From NCBI GenBank assembly GCA_963712115.1, contig CAVQGX010000015.1:1-17354 (forward strand): a DNA stretch of 17,354 nucleotides. Direction: 5' to 3'. Source of the DNA: an uncultured delta proteobacterium. Its GTDB lineage: Bacteria; Desulfobacterota; Syntrophobacteria; BM002. Both the position numbers and the translations under genes were made by a program. Positions within the stretch are counted from its first letter, which is position 1. Every line of letters starts with the position of its first letter. Positions 8,350-16,632 of the stretch are shown one piece after another. The notes under the pieces are model-generated. The model searched no databases. It was not told the DNA's origin and worked only from the letters and a program-made list of their open reading frames with translations.

Positions 8350-10281
8350 TCAACTCCTGGGGAATAGAGCCTCGAGGTTATCCTTTTTCCTAAAAAGCTG
8401 GTAAATGTTAATCTTCTGGTCTTTCCCTTTTAGGACTCCCTCTCCGACCCTGCACGTCTTGAATTGGTTACCGAGGTATTTCAGCGTTGATTCGCCAATT
8501 AGAATGCGGCAAAGGCTCTCGCGGGCAAAATCTTTGTCATAGCTTTCAAGCCTTGCGGCAGTGTTTACAGTATCTCCCACAGTAGTATACTTCATTCTCC
8601 GTGAACTCCCCAAGGCACCGGCAACTACCGGTCCTGTGAAAATTCCAATCCGGATGCCTACATTGGGCAAACGTTGCTCTTGCCAAAGACTGTTGAGGCG
8701 AAGAATCTCACTTTCCATAGCAAGAGCACAATTTACTGCGTTTGTGGCGTCTCTGCCAATTTCAGCTTGACTAGTTCGGGGCAAGGGTACACCGAAGTTT
8801 GCCTTTATGCTATCACCTGCATAGTCATCAACCACACCCCCATGGTCCATTATCAACTGAGTCATGGAATCCATGTAAGTGTTTAGCCAGTCAATGAGGG
8901 ACTGTGGGTCCATTCTCTCGGATACTGAGGTGAATCCTTTAAGGTCTGAAAACAAGACGGTGACCATCAACTCTTGAGAACGCGGTCTGCCATCGTTAAG
9001 AAATTGGTCGCGCTGACGCCAAATTGACTCAGCAACCTCTGGCGAAACGTGTCTGGAAAACAGTCCCATGAGGATTTCTCTTTGCCTCTTCTCTAGGCTA
9101 GATACATAAGCAGTTACAGAAACAGCGGAGATCAACCAGACCGCAGCCGGAGGAACTAGGGGAATCCACCATCCTTGAAGGAAGGCTAGAAATGAGCTGA
9201 AGAAAATAATGATCAGGCCAGTTAAGCCAAAAACAAAGAAGCGCCAGAGTGAACCAGTTAACAGTCCCGTTGCACTACCCATAACAGCCCAGAGCAAAAT
9301 CCAAAGAGTTTCCTGCCTCTCCTTCAGAGTTACCATAGGTGAACTTCCATCAATGGCATGTCTGAGTAATTGGCTTACAATGTTAGCGTGCAAAGTAACC
9401 CCTTGAACCTGCTGGGCATCTCTGAAGCCGCGACTGCGAGGAGTGTAAAAAAAGTCTTTCACGCTTTCGGCCATGAATCCAACAAGAACAACTTTGTCCT
9501 TGATCGCAGCTTTTTCAATCTCATCAGATAGGAGAGATTGTAAGGAATAAATGGGGAAAGACCGTCTGTCATCCTTAAAATCAAGCAAAAACTGGTATCC
9601 TCTAGCATCAGCATCGATATACCCGCCATCGCTCTCTTCAAAAGGGGGTATAGTAGTTTGGCCGATCCTTAGATATTGTGGGCTAGACGCATCAGATCGA
9701 GGCACAATACCCTCAGACCGTAAATAGAGCAGTGTCAGTCTTAAGGCAAATGAATAAAATGCCGTTTCGCCATCATCGAGAAAAAGCAGACCGCGACGCA
9801 CAATGCCCCCAGGATCGACAATTACATCATTAAAACCAACCTGTTCCGTATTTTTTAGTATTGGAGGTGGTTGTACTCCCTCATCACCGAACTTGGTCAC
9901 CACTACAATGTTTTGGTTTTCAAGCAGAATTGATTCAAGCTTTTTACTCCCTGGGGGCACAGATATATCCCGGAAGACATCCAGACCAATAGCACGAGAT
10001 TTGTACTGGAGAAGCGTCGCCAACGTCCTCGCCAGAGTAGCATCTGTCAGAGGCCAGTGTCCTTCTCGAGAAATATCCTCTTCGGTTATTGCGATAATTG
10101 CCACGCGTGGATCTGATCGAGAAAGGGTTGGCCTTAATCGGATAAACCAGTCGTATGCTGCAAGCTCGAGGAATTCCAAATTACCGCTGCTGCGCAACCC
10201 AATTATGATGAGAAAGGCAATGGCACTCACGAATAACCCACAGACGGTTGATGATGACAGGAGGTTACGTAAGGATCTCAT
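8350..10281 (-). CDS. CHASE2-domain membrane class III nucleotide (adenylate/guanylate) cyclase
   Basis: N-terminal TM. CHASE2 motifs LELAAYDWF, AIGLDVFRD, VGFNDVIVDPGGIVRR and GVTLHANIVSQ. Three TMs. Cyclase motifs LFSDLKGFT (D446), YAGD (D490), IRIGIFTG and GDTVNTAARLE (N573, R577). Confidence 0.93.
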   Translation of the reverse strand: MRSLRNLLSSSTVCGLFVSAIAFLIIIGLRSSGNLEFLELAAYDWFIRLRPTLSRSDPRVAIIAITEEDISREGHWPLTDATLARTLATLLQYKSRAIGLDVFRDISVPPGSKKLESILLENQNIVVVTKFGDEGVQPPPILKNTEQVGFNDVIVDPGGIVRRGLLFLDDGETAFYSFALRLTLLYLRSEGIVPRSDASSPQYLRIGQTTIPPFEESDGGYIDADARGYQFLLDFKDDRRSFPIYSLQSLLSDEIEKAAIKDKVVLVGFMAESVKDFFYTPRSRGFRDAQQVQGVTLHANIVSQLLRHAIDGSSPMVTLKERQETLWILLWAVMGSATGLLTGSLWRFFVFGLTGLIIIFFSSFLAFLQGWWIPLVPPAAVWLISAVSVTAYVSSLEKRQREILMGLFSRHVSPEVAESIWRQRDQFLNDGRPRSQELMVTVLFSDLKGFTSVSERMDPQSLIDWLNTYMDSMTQLIMDHGGVVDDYAGDSIKANFGVPLPRTSQAEIGRDATNAVNCALAMESEILRLNSLWQEQRLPNVGIRIGIFTGPVVAGALGSSRRMKYTTVGDTVNTAARLESYDKDFARESLCRILIGESTLKYLGNQFKTCRVGEGVLKGKDQKINIYQLFRKKDNLEALFPRS

Positions 10282-10296
10282 GACACAGTCTAAGTC

Positions 10297-12687
10297 TTAC
10301 AACCAATTGTTGATCAACAGGAAAGGTGACCAGTAACCCGGATGCTCGTAGCGTCTATCATTCAGCATCCTAAGCTGTGCACGTTGGAGCGCAACTGCTT
10401 TAGAAATCCCTGGTCCCTGCAGTTGTCTGTAGAACTCTCCGACCAAAGCCGCAGTAGCCAAATCATTTATATGCCAAAGCGTTGCAAGGGCACTTCTAGC
10501 ACCTGCTTTGACTGCGACCCCGGCGAGGCCAAGGGCAGCACGATCATCACCTGTAGCGGTATCGCAGGCGCTGAGAGTCAATAACTCTAAAGGCTCTTCT
10601 CGAAACCGAAGTAGTCCCACATATTGATCAAGCCGATCCAAAGTCACTTTATCGTCGAAAGTGAGGATAAAAGTTCTTTCAACGTCATTGTCGAACTGCG
10701 CGTGGGAAGCTATGTGCACCAGAGCAAATTGTTCATCAGCCAAAGCCTTTCTCAGGCTGGAGGTCAAAAATTCTTCATTGACAAGTAGCTTGCTGGCGTA
10801 AAAACTTTGAATGGTCTGGAGCTCTGAGGACACATAAGGCAGCGGGGGGAATCCTTGTGTGGATTCGGTGAGCCCAACCAGCAGAATTTTCAGAGCTTCT
10901 CCGCTGATTGGACGAGGATCGGTAAGACTGAGTCCAGGTGTAACCGCCACTGCGTATTTGTTGATGAGGAACTGCTCGCCATCATGAAGCGCCGCCATGG
11001 GAACCGTACGGAGGGGCCCGTCTGGCACGAAAACTAAAGTATCGACGTTGATAGATGCTAATTCGGGTTCGAAAGGTCTAATCAACCAGTCATAAAGCTT
11101 CTGCGCGTGGGGAAGAAACTCCCGTGTGGTGCGTTTTTCGAGTTTTTTGCGGAACTCGATAGCCTCTTTATTAATGGTGTCTCCTTGGATGTGTACTGAG
11201 AATTTCTTTAGCCCGGTCGGCAGGCTTACAAGTATTTCAGTTCTGTCAGGCAGTAATATAGGATACACTACAACAGCTGTCTGGGAAACGATATCAAGTG
11301 TTTGAATTCCAGTTTGGGCAGCGCCCACGCAGTCGTCCTGGAAGTACTCCCGTAACTCAAAGACCTTTTGCACTTCCACCGCCTCGCGCGCCTCGAACAG
11401 GTAAGTATCATATTCCTCACTTTCGTGAAGTGCGTCAGCACGATGCAAAAGAAGATCAACCAGCTCGAAATACATAGGGCCCACGGACTCACGGAAAGAC
11501 AATTGAGTTCTTCCATAGCATCTAGTCATTTCCTGGCGAATGGATTGAACAGTATAGACAGCTCGTTTATAAACAGATATTGCCTCATCTGTTTTCCCCA
11601 ACTTTTTGAGCAAACGGCCAGCTTGCCACTGCCATTTGTAGAGTGATTCTGGTGCGTTGACCTGTTGGGCTGCAAAGATCGCTCTGTTTGTTAGCTGCAA
11701 GGCCTCCTGATAACGGCGTTCGTCTTCATGAAGTTTGCCTAGATAGCCATAGGCGTATGAGGCTGTGCGGGGATTATCGATGGTTTCAGCTAAATCGACG
11801 GCTTCAATGAGAGCCATGTAAGCAGAGTGCAGAAGGTCACCATCAGATTCAACAAGGTATGGACGAAGATTCTGATAAGCCAAACCAATATTTATTAGCC
11901 TAAAGATCTTATCTTGCGACTGATCCAACCTTTGAATCTGATCTGAAGCCTTGTTAAGAAGGGCCTTCGCCTCTCCGTACTCTTCATCTTGTATTGAGGC
12001 CATAGCAGCATTGGTAAGGGCCGTAACCGCTAATGGGTGATTACCTATTGCATCGGCCAGTTCTTTACTCTCTTTATAGGCATCAATGGCTGCCTTGTAT
12101 TCCTTCTGTAATGAGTATAGGTTGCCTAAGTTGTTGAGGATTACCGCTGTTAGGTTGGAATCCTGCAATTCCCTCGCCATGGCCAGACCCTCGTTCAAAT
12201 ATTGATCTGCCAAGTGACTAGGACCTATGGCTATGTATACATTGCCCAGACTGCCCAAAACTGTTGCTACCAGCTTCCGATCACCTAAACTTTGGGCAAG
12301 AAGCTGAGCTGACTCCAGAGTTTCTAAGGCATCATCGTATTCACCAACGAATCCATATGCCCCGGAAAGCTTGATTAGCACTCGAATTTGCTCAGTGGGC
12401 TTTCCCTGCAGCTCGTAAAGCCTGGAGGCCTCTTTCCAGCTCGAGATAGCGACTTCGAAATCGCCTCGCAAGAACGCGCGATAGCCCTTTTCCACCTGTT
12501 CCTCTGGAGACATGCCTTCTGTAACAGAAGGGGTTTTTATTATTGTCTGATCCTTGGTGGAGGTCCTAACCGAACAGCCGGAGATAAGTATCAAAACAAT
12601 GCAGATCTTAAGAATAAAACTGAAGATGCAGCATCTTGATTGCTGATTACCTACAGGCGGAATGTGGTAGGATCTGATCGTAAACAT
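10297..12687 (-). CDS. Lipoprotein TPR-repeat CHAT-domain (caspase/HetF clan) cysteine protease
   Basis: RBS AGGAAGG. Lipobox LISG-C38. Many TPRs (e.g. LNNLGNLY, YGYLGKLHE, WQWQAGRL). CHAT motifs LVFVPDGPLRTVPMAAL, HIASHA (H662), LSACDTA (C708), ATLWHIND and HPGYWSPF. Confidence 0.93.
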   Translation of the reverse strand: MFTIRSYHIPPVGNQQSRCCIFSFILKICIVLILISGCSVRTSTKDQTIIKTPSVTEGMSPEEQVEKGYRAFLRGDFEVAISSWKEASRLYELQGKPTEQIRVLIKLSGAYGFVGEYDDALETLESAQLLAQSLGDRKLVATVLGSLGNVYIAIGPSHLADQYLNEGLAMARELQDSNLTAVILNNLGNLYSLQKEYKAAIDAYKESKELADAIGNHPLAVTALTNAAMASIQDEEYGEAKALLNKASDQIQRLDQSQDKIFRLINIGLAYQNLRPYLVESDGDLLHSAYMALIEAVDLAETIDNPRTASYAYGYLGKLHEDERRYQEALQLTNRAIFAAQQVNAPESLYKWQWQAGRLLKKLGKTDEAISVYKRAVYTVQSIRQEMTRCYGRTQLSFRESVGPMYFELVDLLLHRADALHESEEYDTYLFEAREAVEVQKVFELREYFQDDCVGAAQTGIQTLDIVSQTAVVVYPILLPDRTEILVSLPTGLKKFSVHIQGDTINKEAIEFRKKLEKRTTREFLPHAQKLYDWLIRPFEPELASINVDTLVFVPDGPLRTVPMAALHDGEQFLINKYAVAVTPGLSLTDPRPISGEALKILLVGLTESTQGFPPLPYVSSELQTIQSFYASKLLVNEEFLTSSLRKALADEQFALVHIASHAQFDNDVERTFILTFDDKVTLDRLDQYVGLLRFREEPLELLTLSACDTATGDDRAALGLAGVAVKAGARSALATLWHINDLATAALVGEFYRQLQGPGISKAVALQRAQLRMLNDRRYEHPGYWSPFLLINNWL

Positions 12688-13416
12688 TATAGAATCCTTC
12701 CTGTTTGGTTAGATAGAACTACCGAAAAACTACGAGGTTGGATTTTTCATCGCCAAGGGTTCTTCACTTCCTCTGCAGCCAGCGATTTTGAGCAGAAGGG
12801 TGATCAACTAAGGGCTACAAAAATAGATTTTAAGGGTTTGGGCAGGGAAATCACTAACTACTATGCATTGTTTCACCATACACATAAGCTTTAGATTGAG
12901 TCAAGATCGAAAAAAACCTAAAGTGTGCAGCCTGTTCTCACACATTTCTACATTGCAGTCCACATCCATTATTCCATATCGGACTAATCATATCTGTAAG
13001 CGGTTAGTTTTTCAGGATTCTTTCACATTTCGCTGACAACACTGGGATATTGGACCGGTGGAACATATTGGAGTGGTTTTAGGATTAATCACAACTACCG
13101 GGGGTTTGGATAATATTTACTTTTCAAAAACTCGGCGGGGTTTCGGCTTGGCTCTTGTGTTTTCAAGTTTACTCTGCAGGGAGTTAGATTACATACTCCA
13201 CATTTTGTCTCTTATGATCCGCCCACAAAACGATGAGTCGCCTCGCTTTCCATCTCGTTGGCAAGGGATTGTCGACTTAACCCAACCTCCTTGCCCCACA
13301 GGTCAATGTGTGGTAATTTTTGAAAAATACGTTAGTAAGACTTATGATACTCTAACCAATAGGCTTGCAGCTTCCAACCTGACTACATGACTTAAGTATC
13401 AACCGGTGCATCTGTC

Positions 13417-13968
13417 ATGCTTCGAAGTTTGTCGAAAAGGTTCTGTTGTTTTTGGAACCAATTTGCCCGTTGTGGTGGGAGAATCTCTCTCATCCTCTCA
13501 ATGCTCGTCTTTGCCATAGTCTTGTTTTTCCTCCTGAGCACGCTAAGCTATGCTCTTGACGTTACTCTCGTCTGGGATGCTGGTTATCCAAATGATAACC
13601 TCTTGGGCTATATGCTTCACTATAAGGAAGGAGCGCCTGGTCCGCCATACGATGGGACGGAGGCTAATGAGGGGGAGTCGCCCATTGATATAGGACTTTC
13701 CACCACCTTTACACTCACTGGATTAGACGAGACTGAAACCTATTTCTTCAGGCTAACTGCTTACAATGATGATGCTGAAAGTGGTTACTCCAATGAGGTC
13801 TGTGTAAATTGCCCCACCAAGACTAATATGCAAAATGGAGGCGGAGACGGTGGTTGTTTTATTGCTACGGCAGCATCTGGATCAGCAATGGAGTCACACC
13901 TTGTATCGCTGAAAATGCGGTTTTTAATGCCACCACATTTTATTATCCTCTTGAGGAAGCATTTATAA
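13417..13968 (+). CDS. Secreted fibronectin type III domain protein with a truncated CFI-box-CTERM-like tail
   Basis: Signal peptide ...LSYA|LDVTLVWD. FN3 motifs GYMLHY, FTLTGLDETETYFFRLTAYN and ESGYSNEV. Gly linker followed by GGCFIATAA. Start may be a downstream Met. Confidence 0.8.
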   Translation: MLRSLSKRFCCFWNQFARCGGRISLILSMLVFAIVLFFLLSTLSYALDVTLVWDAGYPNDNLLGYMLHYKEGAPGPPYDGTEANEGESPIDIGLSTTFTLTGLDETETYFFRLTAYNDDAESGYSNEVCVNCPTKTNMQNGGGDGGCFIATAASGSAMESHLVSLKMRFLMPPHFIILLRKHL

Positions 13969-14198
13969 GGATTGACATGTCTCACTTTGCACATAAAAAC
14001 ATTCATGAAAAATGCAGGGCCAAAATGACCCTGCCTTTCCAGCCTGATAGTTTCCCGCTTCTCTAACGACTAAACCTTCTTTTGAAGTTGAAGCTTGCAA
14101 GACCGACTAAGCCAGTGCAGGCGCCCACCTTGAAGGTTGGAGAGTCTACATCTTAACGCTTGAATTATGCGCATCATAAATATTTGTCATGGATCTAT

Positions 14199-14678
14199 TT
14201 ACTTTTTTTCACCCCTAGCGGATATTGATTTTATAAGAGCAAAAACATTCTCTCCCTTGTCATATAACAAGACTTGCAAGCTCATAACAAATAATCCAAA
14301 ATTTTGCACTATGTGGGTCCATTGAACTGACTTTTGATCATCCGTAACGGAAAAGCATCCACATGAGATGTCGAGCCCACGGAATATAGCTATCCCTGTT
14401 ATTGTCGCAAATATTAATGACAGGATGGATAGGATCAAAGCGTTCCCTTTTATCCATAGGCCAGTAATTAAAAGTAGACCCGTCATTAGCTCCAGCCAAG
14501 GCAACCAGATTGCCAGGAGGTTTGTTAAAATATCTGGAAATAATTTATAATTATCAATTGCCTTGCTGAAGGCTGAAGGATATTCGATTTTATTTATGCT
14601 AGCATAGATGAATATTACCCCAAGCATCCACCGAAAAATTAAAGAGAGCTTCTGCGATGTAATCAACCGTTTAATCAT
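14199..14678 (-). CDS. MauE/DoxX family membrane protein
   Basis: Motifs RWMLGVIFIYASINKI, LPWLELMTGLLLITG and RGLDISCGCF, with four hydrophobic segments. Confidence 0.88.
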   Translation of the reverse strand: MIKRLITSQKLSLIFRWMLGVIFIYASINKIEYPSAFSKAIDNYKLFPDILTNLLAIWLPWLELMTGLLLITGLWIKGNALILSILSLIFATITGIAIFRGLDISCGCFSVTDDQKSVQWTHIVQNFGLFVMSLQVLLYDKGENVFALIKSISARGEKK

Positions 14679-14702
14679 AGGTTTTTCTGTCTAATTGTTC
14701 TA

Positions 14703-15152
14703 TCAGTTCTCTTTCTTACGTTCCCATCCGCTCCAACCCTCTGTCATGATATAGATGCTACTATATCCCATCATTTGAAGAAGAGAAGCGACTTCAGATG
14801 GGCTAGTGTCCTTCGTATCAGTCCCATAGAGAATAATCTTGGCCTTCATTGGTATTTGTTGACTAAATCTTGCGAGCATTCCATATATGATTTCGGCCGG
14901 AAAATTAAGTGAACCAGAGATATGAGATATGTTAAAGGAATCAGCGGGTCGTAGGTCAATAAAAAAGGCCTCTCTATTATTTAAGAGGTCTTGAGCCTCT
15001 GATATGGAAATTTGTTTGATTTGATCTTTCTTAAATAGATCATCACTTGGAGATGGAAATAAAGATATACCATCGGAACGGATAAAATTGACAGCTAATC
15101 CAACTATGAGTGCTAACAGAGATACTGCAAAGGCTTGCTTGAGTATATACAT
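14703..15152 (-). CDS. Membrane-anchored rhodanese-like domain protein lacking the catalytic Cys
   Basis: N-terminal TM. FIDLRPADSFNISHISGSLNFP and IYIMTEGWSGW are rhodanese motifs. The active-site position reads ILYG rather than YC. 24 bp from the MauE-like gene. Confidence 0.82.
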   Translation of the reverse strand: MYILKQAFAVSLLALIVGLAVNFIRSDGISLFPSPSDDLFKKDQIKQISISEAQDLLNNREAFFIDLRPADSFNISHISGSLNFPAEIIYGMLARFSQQIPMKAKIILYGTDTKDTSPSEVASLLQMMGYSSIYIMTEGWSGWERKKEN

Positions 15153-15525
15153 AATTATTAAACATATAGTTAAAATTTACTCTTATCAATCAGGAATAAT
15201 GCTGCAGTGGCGCGCTCGTCCTCTTCGCGCTCGCTCCGCTCAGTCCTCATCATTTGGGGGGAGAATCCCCAGGTTACAAAGTCTCGCGACATTGATTTGT
15301 GAAATATCCGAGTTTAGTATAAGTTGGCAAAGATTGTAAGGATTTTATATGCTTTGCTAGATGGACAGATTCGGCAAGAGATTAGAGGTCGAGTTGGGCA
15401 GATAAATAATTTATGCCAACCATACTCCCGGTCATCTTCTGGAAGCACAAAATACTGTATGGGGGCACTAGCCCCATTGAATTTCCCGAACCCAAGCCTA
15501 TTCAACAAGACGAGCTAAATCATTT

Positions 15526-15765
15526 TCAAGTATCAGCCCCTGTATCTAATCTTGGGTGTGGGGAAACAATAGCTACTGAAGGCTTACGAGTGCTTAACTG
15601 ACTCTGTTCTGCAAAATCTCTAGGTTCGTTCTGATGCCTTGCTAGTTCTTCTCTTAAACGCTTATTTTCACGCATTAGGCCGGTTACTCGCCCCGCTGCT
15701 ATCATACTGGCCAATATGAAGCCTATTGATCCACCAAGTACAAACATGATCAGCCAGACGTGCAT
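15526..15765 (-). CDS. Small single-pass membrane protein with a coiled coil
   Basis: GAGGAG RBS upstream. N-terminal TM, then a coiled-coil-like RENKRLREELAR segment. Sigma-54 promoter directly upstream. Confidence 0.7.
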   Translation of the reverse strand: MHVWLIMFVLGGSIGFILASMIAAGRVTGLMRENKRLREELARHQNEPRDFAEQSQLSTRKPSVAIVSPHPRLDTGADT

Positions 15766-15821
15766 GATCGTATGGGACTCCTCTATGCGGCATTTATTTC
15801 AAAGTACTCAGTTTTGCTCTA

Positions 15822-15837
15822 AGCAATTCATGTGCCA
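15822..15837 (-). promoter_or_regulatory. Sigma-54 (-24/-12) promoter
   Basis: Minus strand reads TGGCAC-ATGAA-TTGCT, an exact match to TGGCAC-N5-TTGCW, 56 bp upstream of the ATG at 15765. Confidence 0.8.
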
Positions 15838-16130
15838 TATGTGGTATGGCTATAAATTCCTGTCCCGTCAAAGATGCCATACTAACTAGGAAATAATACG
15901 AATTCAACATTTTTTTGACAATCAGGGGGAGAGTGAGTTGGGCAGCATGGAGTCAGAGGACTACGCCGTTGGAGGTTGGAGGCAAGAACCCGGAGGTCAG
16001 AGGACAGAAGAGGATTTCGAATTTGGAATTGCGCGATCGCCTCGCATTGCGTCCGCCATCGGCTTCGCCTTCAGGCGATTGCCGGGCGGGCTCGCATGGC
16101 GGGCAGGCCCACGCAGATAGGCGCAGACCT

Positions 16131-16239
16131 TTCATCAGACAGGATTAACAAGATGTCCAGGATGAGAGCGATCCTGGTATCGAGTTGACTTCTCTTTGTT
16201 TCTTTTATCTTGTAGATCCTGTAAATCCTGTCCGATGAA
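16131..16239. repeat. Long imperfect inverted repeat built from about 9-nt ACAGGATTT-like units
   Basis: 16131-16163 TTCATCAGACAGGATTAACAAGATGTCCAGGAT matches the reverse complement of 16207-16239 at 27/33 positions. Confidence 0.75.
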
Positions 16240-16375
16240 TTGAGCTTCCTCTATTCTTGTTCTTTGCTTACTTCGCAGATTGAATTGAAGTCCGCGGACG
16301 TCGACGTGTGTCTATGGTTCAGTGATGTGAGCGTTTAGGATAACGGTAAGCGGTAAAAAGCCAACCTGACAGAAT

Positions 16376-16418
16376 AAAGAAAAGCCGCCTGGGAAACAAC
16401 TCCCAAGGCGGCTTTTTT
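16376..16418. terminator. Intrinsic, probably bidirectional, terminator downstream of the PEP-CTERM gene
   Basis: AAAAGCCGCCT-GGGA-aacaac-TCCC-a-AGGCGGCTTTT hairpin with an A-tract before and a T-tract after, about 30 bp past the stop at 16447. Confidence 0.8.
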
Positions 16419-16446
16419 CGTTGCCCGTGCCTAGGCAAAGTAATTC

Positions 16447-16632
16447 TTACTTTTTGTGGAGTCTTTTCCTACTATAGCCTGCCAGACCAACCAGACAAAT
16501 GCCCAGCAGCAACATCTGGGCAGGCTCGGAAATGGACCTATGCGGAACAATATCCAGTCCTAGTTGGCCTGCGACCGCCATAGTACTTATAAGTATTAGG
16601 GCAACGAGTAGTAATCTTATGATTATTTTCAT
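16447..16632 (-). CDS. Minimal PEP-CTERM sorting-signal protein (61 aa)
   Basis: Signal peptide MKIIIRLLLVALILISTMAVA, a linker of about 12 aa, then ISEPAQMLLLGICLVGLAGYSRKRLHKK (PEP-like motif, TM, basic tail). Followed by a terminator. Confidence 0.8.
   Translation of the reverse strand: MKIIIRLLLVALILISTMAVAGQLGLDIVPHRSISEPAQMLLLGICLVGLAGYSRKRLHKK

Noticed and set aside
9803-10336. 177-aa plus-strand ORF and other short plus-strand ORFs within 7954-12894
   Set aside because: Antisense to well-supported CHASE2, CHAT and DUF928 genes.
10297-12687. CRISPR-associated (Craspase-like) or other anti-phage role for the TPR-CHAT
   Set aside because: No cas genes, array, SAVED domain or gasdermin in the window, and the protease appears to be exported.
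13058-13390. 110-aa ORF in the divergent intergenic region
   Set aside because: GTG start, no motif, and probably promoter DNA. It cannot be supported as a gene.
14120-14145. GCCCACCTTGAAGGTTGG hairpin resembling an IS200/IS605 end
   Set aside because: Short and imperfect, with no tnpA/tnpB or partner end.
15181-15318. GC-rich CGCGCTCG-repeat patch that may be a MITE remnant upstream of the rhodanese gene
   Set aside because: No matching terminal inverted repeat pair or target duplication found.
15915-16188. Four overlapping short ORFs, and also 16967-17182 (-)
   Set aside because: They arise from GC-rich palindromes and tandem repeats.
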